DNA of 64,000 nt from Patescibacteria group bacterium (GTDB lineage: Bacteria; Patescibacteriota; Microgenomatia; 2-02-FULL-39-11): NCBI GenBank assembly GCA_023379265.1, contig JAMCUI010000007.1, positions 82,330 to 146,329 on the forward strand. Direction: 5' to 3'. Positions 38,237-46,701 of the stretch are shown one piece after another. A program made the translations under genes and the position numbers. The notes below the pieces were generated by a model, which worked only from the letters and a program-made list of their open reading frames with translations, did not search any database and was not told where the DNA came from. The first letter of the stretch is position 1, and every line of letters starts with the position of its first letter.

Positions 38237-40078
38237 ATGACCTTTGTTGCTAAGTCTGCCAAGTTTACTTCTCCTTCCGACGCAACTCATTGGGGCGGGT
38301 GTTTTCATGAAAACGGCTTGTTTATTATTCTTCATGTTACGGGAAACGAACCTGATCAGGCCGAAAATATTGACCTTTCCGCTACGTCATCAGAGTTAGC
38401 TGCCAACAGAGGAAAAGCAATATTAGATGATATTCTGAGCCGTTCAGTTGACATAAAAAGCTGGGATTTGAAATCTGTAGAAAGCATGCTTGAACCATAT
38501 AAGGAAAATAGTAAAGTGACTGCTGCGGCATTGGGCGTGTTGACGCCTGAGGGAATATTGTACCTATGTAGTACAGGACATGGCATTGTTTGGATGGAGA
38601 GAGAGTCTAAGGCGGGTAAAATTTTGGATAGCGGAATAAGTTCGTCAGGAATCATAAAAGATGGAGACAGATTGCTATTTATTTCAGACACGTTCAGTCA
38701 TATTTTTGATCACGATCTAAGAGAACAGATTTTTGACTCAACTGATCCGGATGAAGCAATAGAAATTGTGGCGGAAGCAATTCTTGATAAGCCTGAGATA
38801 TCGGGAATGTCGGCACTTTTTATAACAATTTCAGAGAATGCTGAGAAAAAGAGCGTACTAGATACGTTTTCAGTGATAAAAAGCAGCGGAAAAGAGAAAT
38901 TTGTCCATTATCTGAGTAATGTAAAAAATATATTCAGAGGAACGGAGGTTTCCGAGACTCATGAAGAGATAAAGTCAAAGAGAACCCTTTTAACTATAGC
39001 TGCAGTTTTAGTGATACTTCTTTTATCGAGTATTTTTTTGAATATTAACCACGCAGTCAATACTAAAAGGGAGGAAAATTATACACAGGTCATGGGTTTG
39101 GTTTCCCATCAGTATGATGAGGCTGTGAGCCTAATCGACTTGAACCCGACAAGATCAAGAGAACTTTTATCAAGCAGCAAATTAAGTCTCTCAGGCTTGC
39201 TTTCTCAATTTCCCAAAAACAGTAAGGAGTATAAAGACATAAACTCCTGGTTGGGGAAAGTATCAGAAGAGGAGATGGCAGCTTATAAAATATACAAACT
39301 TACTGATGTGTCTCCTTTTTATGACTTGACTCTTCTGAAGACCGGAGGGGATGGAAGTTACATTGCGGAATATAAGGATACGAAGGCAATTTTGGATATA
39401 TCAAATAAAGTGGTTTATACTCTTGTTACCTCAACAAAAAAAGGACAGATTGTTGCTGGGCCGGATACGGTAAAAGATGCAAAAACAATTGATGTACACG
39501 GAAATGACATATATATCTTAAACAGCGATGGGATTATTCAGGTGGACAGTCAAAGTGGTAACGCCCGTGTGATAATAAAACATGACGACAAATGGGGTAA
39601 TATCGTGTCGTTGGCTGCTTTCGGCGGAAATATTTATCTTCTTGATGTTACTCACAACACTATATGGAAATATATTGCCACAGACACAGGTTTTTCCCAG
39701 ATAGTTTCGTATTTGAATTCTGATACTAAAATAGATTTGTCAGGATCGACTAAAATGGTAATAGACGGTTCAGTCTGGGTTTTGGCTCCAGATAATTTAT
39801 TAAAATTTACAGGCGGACAGATAGCCCCATTTGCTTTTTCAGGCATTTCTGACAAGATTGAGAGTATAGCATCTGTATCGACTGGAGACGACCAGCAAAA
39901 TATTTATCTTCTGGATAAATCCCTTTCCCGGATAATGGTTTTTGACAAAACCGGTGTTTATCAGTCACAGTATCAGTGGGATGGTTTTAAGAATGCTTCA
40001 GATCTGGTTGTTTCCGAACAAGAAAAAAAGATTTTTGCCCTCGTCAGCAGCAAAATATACGCAATTGATATAAAATAA
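38237..40078 (+). CDS. Hypothetical membrane protein: cytoplasmic N-domain, TM, C-terminal beta-propeller-like repeats
   Basis: 613 aa; TM at about residue 245-265. C-terminal repeats (GNDIYILNSDGIIQVD, GNIYLLDVTHNTIWKY, QNIYLLDKSLSRIMVFD) look like NHL/propeller blades. Confidence 0.45.
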   Translation: MTFVAKSAKFTSPSDATHWGGCFHENGLFIILHVTGNEPDQAENIDLSATSSELAANRGKAILDDILSRSVDIKSWDLKSVESMLEPYKENSKVTAAALGVLTPEGILYLCSTGHGIVWMERESKAGKILDSGISSSGIIKDGDRLLFISDTFSHIFDHDLREQIFDSTDPDEAIEIVAEAILDKPEISGMSALFITISENAEKKSVLDTFSVIKSSGKEKFVHYLSNVKNIFRGTEVSETHEEIKSKRTLLTIAAVLVILLLSSIFLNINHAVNTKREENYTQVMGLVSHQYDEAVSLIDLNPTRSRELLSSSKLSLSGLLSQFPKNSKEYKDINSWLGKVSEEEMAAYKIYKLTDVSPFYDLTLLKTGGDGSYIAEYKDTKAILDISNKVVYTLVTSTKKGQIVAGPDTVKDAKTIDVHGNDIYILNSDGIIQVDSQSGNARVIIKHDDKWGNIVSLAAFGGNIYLLDVTHNTIWKYIATDTGFSQIVSYLNSDTKIDLSGSTKMVIDGSVWVLAPDNLLKFTGGQIAPFAFSGISDKIESIASVSTGDDQQNIYLLDKSLSRIMVFDKTGVYQSQYQWDGFKNASDLVVSEQEKKIFALVSSKIYAIDIK

Positions 40079-40115
40079 TCTCTGCAGTAATTCCCTTTAC
40101 GTTTCAATTTGAATT

Positions 40116-40559
40116 ATGAAAATTATAAACAGGCGTGCTTATCATGATTATCAGATTTTGGAGACCTTTGAAGCAGGTATACATCTTTTGGGAGCTGAAG
40201 TGAAATCAGTTAAAGGAGGCAAGATGTCTCTTGAAGGATCATTTGTCAGAGTGGTGGGAAGCGAAATATACCTGGTAAATGCTGAGATATACCCTTATCC
40301 TTATGCACGTCCTGAGGGTTATGAGTCTAGAAGGACAAGAAAACTTCTTTTACATAAAAAAGAAATCATTTCTCTCAAGACAAAACTAGCTGGGGCTAAA
40401 TTGACCCTTGTGCCTTTGGAGTGCTATAATACACATGGTTTAGTGAAGCTGAAAATTGGTCTTGCCAGGGGTAGAAGGGAGTATGAGAAGAGGGAAAAGA
40501 TAAAGAAAAGGGATACGGAAAGAGATATTTCAAGAATGATGAGGGGAAAGATAAGATAA
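40116..40559 (+). CDS. smpB: SsrA-binding protein
   Basis: MKIINRRAYHDYQILETFEAGIHLLGAEVKS...KLTLVPLECYNTHGLVKLKIGLARGRREYEKRE, canonical SmpB. Confidence 0.9.
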   Translation: MKIINRRAYHDYQILETFEAGIHLLGAEVKSVKGGKMSLEGSFVRVVGSEIYLVNAEIYPYPYARPEGYESRRTRKLLLHKKEIISLKTKLAGAKLTLVPLECYNTHGLVKLKIGLARGRREYEKREKIKKRDTERDISRMMRGKIR

Positions 40560-40560
40560 T

Positions 40561-40994
40561 GGGGATGATTGGTTCGACGGGAAAGCACCTTAAAAACTGC
40601 AAGCCTGAGAGATTGTCTCAGTTAAAACAATCAAAAAACAACTGTCAATAAAAGCGACAGAATTGAAGCACTTAAGAGAGAGCGGGATGCAATTCTTGCT
40701 CAGCTCGGCGAGCTGTTTCAACCGAAGTTCGCGCGATTATACGCGTAATTTCGGCATCTGCAGAGCTCTTTTTCCGGTGGGAGTCTGCAGGTGTAAATAC
40801 AGCCGGGATGCATTTTCTATCCTGACAACGTAGGAAATAAAGACTTTGTCTTACTTTTTCTGATTATTGTCTGCTGAGATATCGGGGAAAGGAAATTTTT
40901 CCGGGGCGAAAGCCACGGAAAAAAACAACAGACTAAGCTTGTAGAAGTTTTTATGATGTTTTTTCGGACTCCGCGTCACCCGCGGACATCTCCA
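40561..40994 (+). ncRNA. ssrA: Transfer-messenger RNA (tmRNA / SsrA)
   Basis: Begins GGGGATGATTGGTTCGACGGG (canonical tmRNA 5' end) one base after the smpB stop. 3' end ...GGACTCCGCGTCACCCGCGGACATCTCC-A can pair with the 5' GGGGATG as an acceptor stem (one G-U) behind a T-arm-like hairpin; CCA not encoded. Followed by an intrinsic terminator. Tag reading frame not confidently identified. Confidence 0.7.
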
Positions 40995-41001
40995 CATATA
41001 A

Positions 41002-41040
41002 AATCTCCACTTTTTTATGGTGGAGATTTTTGTGTTTTTG
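41002..41040 (+). terminator. Rho-independent terminator after tmRNA
   Basis: AATCTCCAC-TTTTTTATG-GTGGAGATT hairpin followed by TTTGTGTTTTT. Confidence 0.7.
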
Positions 41041-41075
41041 CGTACATACTTTACCGAGAGAAAAAATTAGAATAA

Positions 41076-41750
41076 TTGGCAGTGAATATTTTTGATCTAA
41101 TATTTCCCAAAAGGTGTGTTTCTTGCGGAATATTGGGAAAATATTTCTGCACGAGATGTATTTCTAAGATTGAGTTTATTGACAGACAGATTTGTCCGGT
41201 GTGTACTAAACCTGCAATTGACGGAGCTACGCATCCCGTTTGTAAAACCAAATACGGGATTGACGGCATGTATGCAGCAGCTCATTTCCGCGGACCTGTA
41301 AAACGCGCCATTCACCTTTTGAAATATCAACTAGTTAGTGATATGGCACAACCATTGGTCCATTTATTATTTGGTAAGTATCCCTCTTTTTTGACAAATT
41401 TTGATTATCTTATTCCCGTTCCGTTGCATAATAAAAGAGAGAAAGAACGGGGATTTAATCAAAGTTATATCATCTCACGGTTGCTTTCCACTAAATTAAA
41501 CTTAAAGATATTGAATAATGCATTGAGAAGGGTGATTTATACGCTGCCTCAAGCGGAATTAAAAGAAAAGGAAAGATTTCAGAATATCAAAGGGGCATTT
41601 TATTGCGATGAATATAAAAAATTAAAAGGGAAAGCTGTTATAGTAGTCGATGACGTGTCGACTACCAGATCTACTCTTTTAGAATGTGCAAAAGTACTAA
41701 AACATGCTGGAGTAAAAATTGTTTGGGGAATAGTTCTGGCACATGGATAA
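41076..41750 (+). CDS. comFC: ComF family phosphoribosyltransferase-domain protein
   Basis: N-terminal CxxC...CxxC zinc-finger pattern (CVSCG...CTRC...CPVC) and C-terminal PRTase motif VIVVDDVSTTRSTL. Confidence 0.75.
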   Translation: MAVNIFDLIFPKRCVSCGILGKYFCTRCISKIEFIDRQICPVCTKPAIDGATHPVCKTKYGIDGMYAAAHFRGPVKRAIHLLKYQLVSDMAQPLVHLLFGKYPSFLTNFDYLIPVPLHNKREKERGFNQSYIISRLLSTKLNLKILNNALRRVIYTLPQAELKEKERFQNIKGAFYCDEYKKLKGKAVIVVDDVSTTRSTLLECAKVLKHAGVKIVWGIVLAHG

Positions 41751-41793
41751 GTGAATAAAACGATCATATTTGTTATAATCTGGTGAACCAACA

Positions 41794-41883
41794 GGAGGGA
41801 TCGCATAGTTGGTCCATTGCGAGGGTTTGCTAAACCCTTGAGTCGAAAGACTCGCGTGGGTTCGAATCCCACTCCCTCCGCCA
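41794..41883 (+). tRNA. tRNA-Ser (anticodon GCT), class II long variable arm, CCA encoded
   Basis: GGAGGGA acceptor paired with TCCCTCC, anticodon loop TTGCTAA, variable arm GAGTCGAAAGACTCGCG, T-arm GTGGGTTCGAATCCCAC, discriminator G + CCA. Confidence 0.8.
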
Positions 41884-41901
41884 CGTAAAAATTGCTTCGC
41901 A

Positions 41902-41932
41902 ATTTCAACGTTCCTGGGACGTTGAAATTTTC
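41902..41932 (+). terminator. Hairpin terminator after tRNA-Ser
   Basis: ATTTCAACGT-tcctggg-ACGTTGAAAT followed by TTT. A smaller hairpin AAATTGC-ttc-GCAATTT lies just upstream. Confidence 0.55.
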
Positions 41933-41936
41933 CTAA

Positions 41937-42011
41937 GAAAACTTTTTACGTTCCGGTTCAGGAAGAGCATTTTTGAAAAGACACATTTTTACTCATTCCT
42001 TCAGAATTTAG
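41937..42011 (+). pseudogene. C-terminal remnant of a GIY-YIG (UPF0213-like) gene
   Basis: Frame reads ENFLRSGSGRAFLKRHIFTHSFRI*. Both protein (KSGSGRAFVKQHKFV*) and DNA (TCCGGTTCAGGAAGAGC) match the C-terminus of the intact GIY-YIG gene at 62467..62709. No start codon and no N-terminal part. Confidence 0.4.
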
Positions 42012-42168
42012 CCAGAAATTTCAGAGTTTTTTAGTGGGTTTATTCAAAACGTCATAGGTGAGATTGAATTAAGAATTGTAATGCTCTTTATATCAATAAT
42101 TTTGGTTAGTGAGAAGAGCTGTATTAAATCAGAAAATAATAATAGGAATTAAAGAATTAATGGTGGAT

Positions 42169-42678
42169 TTACGAGATTTTTCCCGGAGTTGTTGGAATAC
42201 TTTGAGGCGGAGTCATCGCTAATTGTTTAACAATTAAATCCATTGATCTTTGCGCGCCAATCAAAGATGGGAATAAATCTTTTCTTTTCACCATTCTCTC
42301 CATTGATCTTGTGGTTGCTGCATCTCTCGAGTTAGGAGTTTGATCAACAAAATGTATTGCTGTATCTTGTATATCATCAAGAATAACATTATGATCCTGC
42401 GACATGGTGATAGTTGCTACTTGTTTGGCTAAAGAACCATCTTTACGTGCGCTTAATACTCTGGATGCAATTACATAAATTGCACGATCTCGTATTATTT
42501 CCTGACTTGAAGTTAAATCAACTTTAAATTCATTATTTAATGCTAAATCAGATATGAGATGAGCGATCTGTTCCGATTCAGTAAGTTGACTAATATCCTG
42601 AACTTGGTCTTTCCTTTTTAAGTGAATAAAAGTTTCTAAAACTTTTAGTTGTTCAGCAGACAGTTCGTTATTTGCCAT
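42169..42678 (-). CDS. Hypothetical protein
   Basis: 169-aa ORF, no recognisable motifs. Confidence 0.4.
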   Translation of the reverse strand: MANNELSAEQLKVLETFIHLKRKDQVQDISQLTESEQIAHLISDLALNNEFKVDLTSSQEIIRDRAIYVIASRVLSARKDGSLAKQVATITMSQDHNVILDDIQDTAIHFVDQTPNSRDAATTRSMERMVKRKDLFPSLIGAQRSMDLIVKQLAMTPPQSIPTTPGKIS

Positions 42679-42889
42679 ATATAGCTATCTAATTATACAT
42701 TGGTTTTAATTTAAAAGATAATTAATGATATTAAGTCAATACTATATTTTTTACACTAGGAACTTAAAACTTGTGTAATCGATAAATTCTGTTATAGAGG
42801 TTGTTCGAAATCTGTTCCATTCTACCCGCCCAAGTTATTGGATTCATGTAAAATCTCCCTTTTAACTCCTGGTATAATTTAAGAGCTAT

Positions 42890-43387
42890 ATGGTAATAAA
42901 GAAATTCAGTATTAGACGAGCGACGATAGATGATTTAGATGATGTTTTAGTTGTGGAAAAGAGTGCTTTTCCTCCACATAGGCAGGGAACTAGAGAAACA
43001 TTTGAAACTAGATTGTCATTATATCCAAAAGGGTTTTTTGTTGTTGAGGTCGACGGAATAATTAGAGGATTTTCAACGGCATTGATTATCAATAATATTA
43101 TCTCTGTAGATAAATTAGATATTCCTGATAATAAATTACATAATTTACAAGGTGACGTTTATGAATTAAGAAGTTTAGCTATAGTTAAAGAATTTCAACT
43201 TAGGGGATTAGGAAAACAATTAGTCAACAAACAGCTTCAAAATGCAATCTATTTTAAAAAGAAATATTGTAGATTTACCGCTTCACAGGACGTTTCACGA
43301 TTTTATGAGAAATTAGGATTTAAACAAATAACTCCATATATTAACTTCCATCACGCTAAACAGGCTTTATGGGAGAGAATACTTTAA
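42890..43387 (+). CDS. GNAT family N-acetyltransferase
   Basis: VIKKFSIRRATIDDLDDVLVVEKSAF... and acetyl-CoA-binding-like LRGLGKQLVNKQLQNA. Confidence 0.7.
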   Translation: MVIKKFSIRRATIDDLDDVLVVEKSAFPPHRQGTRETFETRLSLYPKGFFVVEVDGIIRGFSTALIINNIISVDKLDIPDNKLHNLQGDVYELRSLAIVKEFQLRGLGKQLVNKQLQNAIYFKKKYCRFTASQDVSRFYEKLGFKQITPYINFHHAKQALWERIL

Positions 43388-43538
43388 TAATGTTTTGCGC
43401 TAAGAGTCTCTTGTGGTAAGTTCCGACATGGTCAACCAGCCGCCAGATTTAATATAGAACTCTACGAGTTTATAAATACCTACTTGTAATATATCTCACA
43501 AACAGATAATCTACATACTTGTAAGGAGCAATAAAAGT

Positions 43539-44507
43539 ATGCCCAAAAAGCGAGGTAAAAAAATTATTGACGTTACCGTCCGGCCGACAAACGCCGCCGA
43601 TTTGGACACTGCTGACAAAGTTATCCGTCTGGCTTTTGGGACTCTCTTTGGGATGCCAGACCCCATGCAGTTTTTAGGCGATGGAGATCTCGCTCACACC
43701 CGTTTTAAGACTGACCCAGCGGGCATACTCTCTGCAGAAATTGACGGTCAACTAGTCGGAACCAGTTTTGCGACCCGTTGGGGCAGCGTCGCTTTCATTG
43801 GTCCCCTCACAATCCATCCGGACTACTGGAACAGGGGTATCGGTCAGAAGCTGATGGATCAAACAATGGAGATTTTAAGGAAATGGAATGTTTCTCTGGC
43901 GGGATTGTTTACTCTTCCTGACAGCCCCATGCACATACATCTTTATGAGAAGTACGGTTTCCGAAAACAAGAGTTGTCACCCCTTGTTTCAAAAGCAGTC
44001 ACTTCCCACGAAAATAAATCGGAATATAAGTCCTACTCCCGACTATCTCCTGGTGAACAAAAAAAGATACTCACTCAATGTAAAGAATTGACTGACAGAA
44101 TATATCCCGGACTGGATCTGACAAAAGAGATCATTTCTGTAAACTCACAAAAAATTGGAGACATGGTACTTGTTTCAGAAAATGAGAAGCTTATGGGTAT
44201 GGCTGTTTGCCATTTCGGGGCTGGTAGTGAGGGCGGAAGCGGTGTGAATTATATTAAGTTCGCAGCTATAAGACCGGATCCTAAAGCTGCTGAGTATTTT
44301 GAGAAGCTGCTTGATGCGATTGAATCTTTTGCGTCAGGGAAAAATCTCGTGAGCATCATGTTTGGAATTAACACGATTAATAAAGATGCCTTTGAAAGAG
44401 TGCAGAAACGCGGCTATACCCACGACTTTGCCGGAGTCATTATGCAATTGCATAATGTTCGTGGTTACAGGAGTTCGGATCTTTTTGTTTTGGATGACTG
44501 GAGGTAA
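43539..44507 (+). CDS. GNAT family acetyltransferase (two-domain / extended)
   Basis: VRPTNAADLDTADKVIRLAFG..., WNRGIGQKLMDQTMEILRKW (Q/R-x-x-G-x-G/A motif). 322 aa. Confidence 0.65.
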   Translation: MPKKRGKKIIDVTVRPTNAADLDTADKVIRLAFGTLFGMPDPMQFLGDGDLAHTRFKTDPAGILSAEIDGQLVGTSFATRWGSVAFIGPLTIHPDYWNRGIGQKLMDQTMEILRKWNVSLAGLFTLPDSPMHIHLYEKYGFRKQELSPLVSKAVTSHENKSEYKSYSRLSPGEQKKILTQCKELTDRIYPGLDLTKEIISVNSQKIGDMVLVSENEKLMGMAVCHFGAGSEGGSGVNYIKFAAIRPDPKAAEYFEKLLDAIESFASGKNLVSIMFGINTINKDAFERVQKRGYTHDFAGVIMQLHNVRGYRSSDLFVLDDWR

Positions 44508-44548
44508 GGGAAGATGTTTCTAAAGGTAAGAGTGATGTTAGTTTAAGG

Positions 44549-44586
44549 AAGCAAAACAGGTTTTAACACTGTAAACGGTGCCCCGC
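44549..44586 (+). repeat. Dispersed ~40-bp repeat, copy 1 (AGCAAAACAGGTTTTAACACTGTAAACGGTGCCCCGC)
   Basis: Shares the consensus AGCAAArrAGGTTnTAACACTGTAnAyGGTkCyCCGC with five other copies; 42 bp after the GNAT stop. Confidence 0.7.
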
Positions 44587-44629
44587 AATCGAAAATTATC
44601 CTCGGAATTAAATAGAGAAGATACCATCT

Positions 44630-45000
44630 TTGGATTTTAGTATAATAAGCCTAATGAATGTCCGGTTTGCCATGCCAAAAGACAAAGCTAAAATCCTTAA
44701 TCTATTTGATGAGTTTAGTATTTTTATGGACGCTACAGATATACCCTCAAAAGTTGGCGGGGAAATATTTGATGAAATTATTAATAGAGGGGACATATTG
44801 AGGACCTTTTCATCACAAGTAACTCACGTGGTCGTGGTGTAGGAACATTTCTCTTAAATTCGATTAAGGACTGCTGTCGAAAAAATGATATAAAGGTTAT
44901 AAAATTAGATAGCGGAAATAACCTTGTAAGTGCCCATCATTTTTATGAGAAGAATGGTGGAAAGACTACGGAAAGGTTTTTCAGATTTGATATTGATTAA
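44630..45000 (+). pseudogene. GNAT acetyltransferase interrupted by a -1/+1 frameshift at a GGGG run
   Basis: Frame A 44630..44842 gives the GNAT N-terminus ...EIINRGDILRTFSSQVTHVVVV*. Frame +2 from about 44785 continues ...HIEDLFITSNSRGRGVGTFLLNSIKDCCRKNDIKVIKLD...AHHFYEKNGGKTTERFFRFDID* (GNAT motif A and C-terminus). Junction at AGAGGGGACA. Confidence 0.6.
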
Positions 45001-45070
45001 AGGTTAATATACTTTTTGCAGATATAGACTAATCGGCATGATTTACATATAATGATGGCAGTAGATATAA

Positions 45071-45625
45071 TTGATATTAATATTACTTATGACTACTCCT
45101 GCCGACCAGAAAAAAATTTCTCTTGACCAGCCTGACCTGAATGAAATCCTCCTTTCCTGGAAAAGTCCCTCACACCCGTTTAAGAAGCGAAACAGGATAT
45201 TTTACCAAACTGTTGCGGCAATTACTTTCCTTTTAGTGGTAATAGTATTTTTCCTTCACGAATTTATGCTCATGGGAGTTATACTTTCCATTGCTTTTCT
45301 GGTTTATGTACTGTCGACAGTGCCACCAATAGAAGTAGAACACAAAGTGACACCGATAGGTTTTGAAAATGCCGGCAGGCTCTTCCGCTGGATTGAGCTT
45401 GCGGCCTTTTGGTTTGAGGAAAAATGGGGATACAGGACTCTAGTAGTACAAACTAGAATTCCATTTCCTGTTCAGGTGCGCGCAGTAATGGGAAAAGATT
45501 TGTCAAAAGATAAAATTAAGGAAGTTATAGGGAAATACCTTTTGTATATGGAAAAACCGCAAAAGACCTGGACTGATAATTTTTCCGACTGGCTCAACCA
45601 AAAAATCCCTCTGGAAAACTCTTGA
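45071..45625 (+). CDS. Hypothetical membrane protein
   Basis: 184 aa, two central TM helices. No family recognised. Confidence 0.4.
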   Translation: MILILLMTTPADQKKISLDQPDLNEILLSWKSPSHPFKKRNRIFYQTVAAITFLLVVIVFFLHEFMLMGVILSIAFLVYVLSTVPPIEVEHKVTPIGFENAGRLFRWIELAAFWFEEKWGYRTLVVQTRIPFPVQVRAVMGKDLSKDKIKEVIGKYLLYMEKPQKTWTDNFSDWLNQKIPLENS

Positions 45626-45758
45626 TCTGCCTTAAAATTTCTCAATTCACAATTTTTATATAAAGAGTAATTAATGATATAATTTATCGCTCGGAGAAAA
45701 GATATATTGATGATTTTGGGATATTTCTAAAGAGAGAATATAATAGTTTTAGACCTTT

Positions 45759-45830
45759 GTCCCCGTAGCTTAACGGATAGAGCGCGGCCCTGCGGAGGCT
45801 GATATATGAGTTCAATTCTCATCGGGGACG
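45759..45830 (+). tRNA. tRNA-Arg with apparent anticodon GCG (unusual); CCA not encoded
   Basis: GTCCCCG/CGGGGAC acceptor, D-arm GCTTAACGGATAGAGC, anticodon stem CGGCC/GGCTG, loop CTGCGGA, T-arm ATGAGTTCAATTCTCAT. 72 nt. Confidence 0.65.
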
Positions 45831-45962
45831 CAGAACAAAATTTGATGATTTTTTCTGCATAATCGTACTATTATTTTGATTTATCCGGAAAATTTCATGA
45901 GAAATTATTAGGGAGTTATGGAGGAAGCGGTTAACTAGTGGGTCTCGAACCAAGTAATTGGC

Positions 45963-46052
45963 GGTGGGGTGTCAGAGAGGTCTATTGGCCAGGTCTCGAA
46001 AACCTTGGGGGTCGTAAGGCCCACGCGAGTTCGAATCTCGCCCCCACCGCCA
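45963..46052 (+). tRNA. tRNA-Ser (anticodon CGA), class II, CCA encoded
   Basis: GGTGGGG/CCCCACC acceptor, D-loop AGAGAGGTCTAT (Ser-like), anticodon loop CTCGAAA, long variable arm, T-arm GCGAGTTCGAATCTCGC, discriminator G + CCA. ORFs 45935..46162(-), 45938..46165(+) and the 5' part of 45969..46550 are translations of this RNA gene. Confidence 0.6.
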
Positions 46053-46061
46053 ATTATTGGA

Positions 46062-46081
46062 CGAATCTCGCCCCCACCGCC
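46062..46081 (+). repeat. Direct repeat of the last 20 nt of tRNA-Ser(CGA) (GAATCTCGCCCCCACCGCCA), 9 bp downstream of the tRNA
   Basis: Exact 20-nt match between 46033..46052 and 46062..46081. Confidence 0.85.
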
Positions 46082-46103
46082 AAAAATAATTTTCAAAACA
46101 ATT

Positions 46104-46550
46104 ATGACCAGAGAATTTTCAGCCGGGGGAATAGTCTTCAAAAAACAAAGAATAATAAACAATAAACAAAAGCTTGTTTGGCTGGTTGCACAGCATAGTC
46201 AGCATAAGGGTTGGGTTTTTCCAAAAGGACTAATTGGTGATCATATAAAAGGTGAGTCCAGCAGCGATACTGCTTTGAGGGAAGTAGAGGAGGAAACAGG
46301 AGTAAAGGGTAGGATTTTGGAAAAGCTGAAAAAACCCGCTACTTATTTTTATATCTGGCAGGGGGATAAAAGATTCAAGACTGTATATTATTTCCTGATG
46401 GAATATGAGAGTGGAGATATAGAGAAACACGATTTTGAGATGTCGGCTGTCGAGTGGTTGCTGACTGAGGAAGTGGAAAAACGCCTGAGTTACAAATCTG
46501 ATAAACTGGCTTTTCAGGAAGCATTGAAGATAATGAAGAATTATGAATAA
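46104..46550 (+). CDS. Nudix hydrolase
   Basis: Nudix box GESSSDTALREVEEETGVKG. Start taken at MTREFSAGGIVFKK (46104); the upstream in-frame extension is the tRNA. Confidence 0.8.
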   Translation: MTREFSAGGIVFKKQRIINNKQKLVWLVAQHSQHKGWVFPKGLIGDHIKGESSSDTALREVEEETGVKGRILEKLKKPATYFYIWQGDKRFKTVYYFLMEYESGDIEKHDFEMSAVEWLLTEEVEKRLSYKSDKLAFQEALKIMKNYE

Positions 46551-46585
46551 TGAATTAATGAGGAAGACTTCCTGATTCAAGTTTT

Positions 46586-46657
46586 GCTCTTGTAGCTTAA
46601 CGGATAGAGCGCGGCCCTCCGGAGGCTGATATGCGAGTTCAATTCTCGCCAAGAGCG
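46586..46657 (+). tRNA. tRNA-Arg (anticodon CCG); CCA not encoded
   Basis: GCTCTTG/CAAGAGC acceptor. Body identical to the 45759 tRNA apart from the anticodon loop (CTCCGGA) and T-stem/acceptor positions. Confidence 0.75.
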
Positions 46658-46701
46658 CAGTAAAATTGCTCACGATTTTACTGCGTAAACACCGACAATG
46701 T

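Noticed and set aside
45935-46165. Overlapping 75-aa ORFs on both strands, and the 45969 start of the Nudix ORF
   Set aside because: They are translations of tRNA-Ser(CGA) and its duplicated 3' end. The Nudix gene is better started at 46104.
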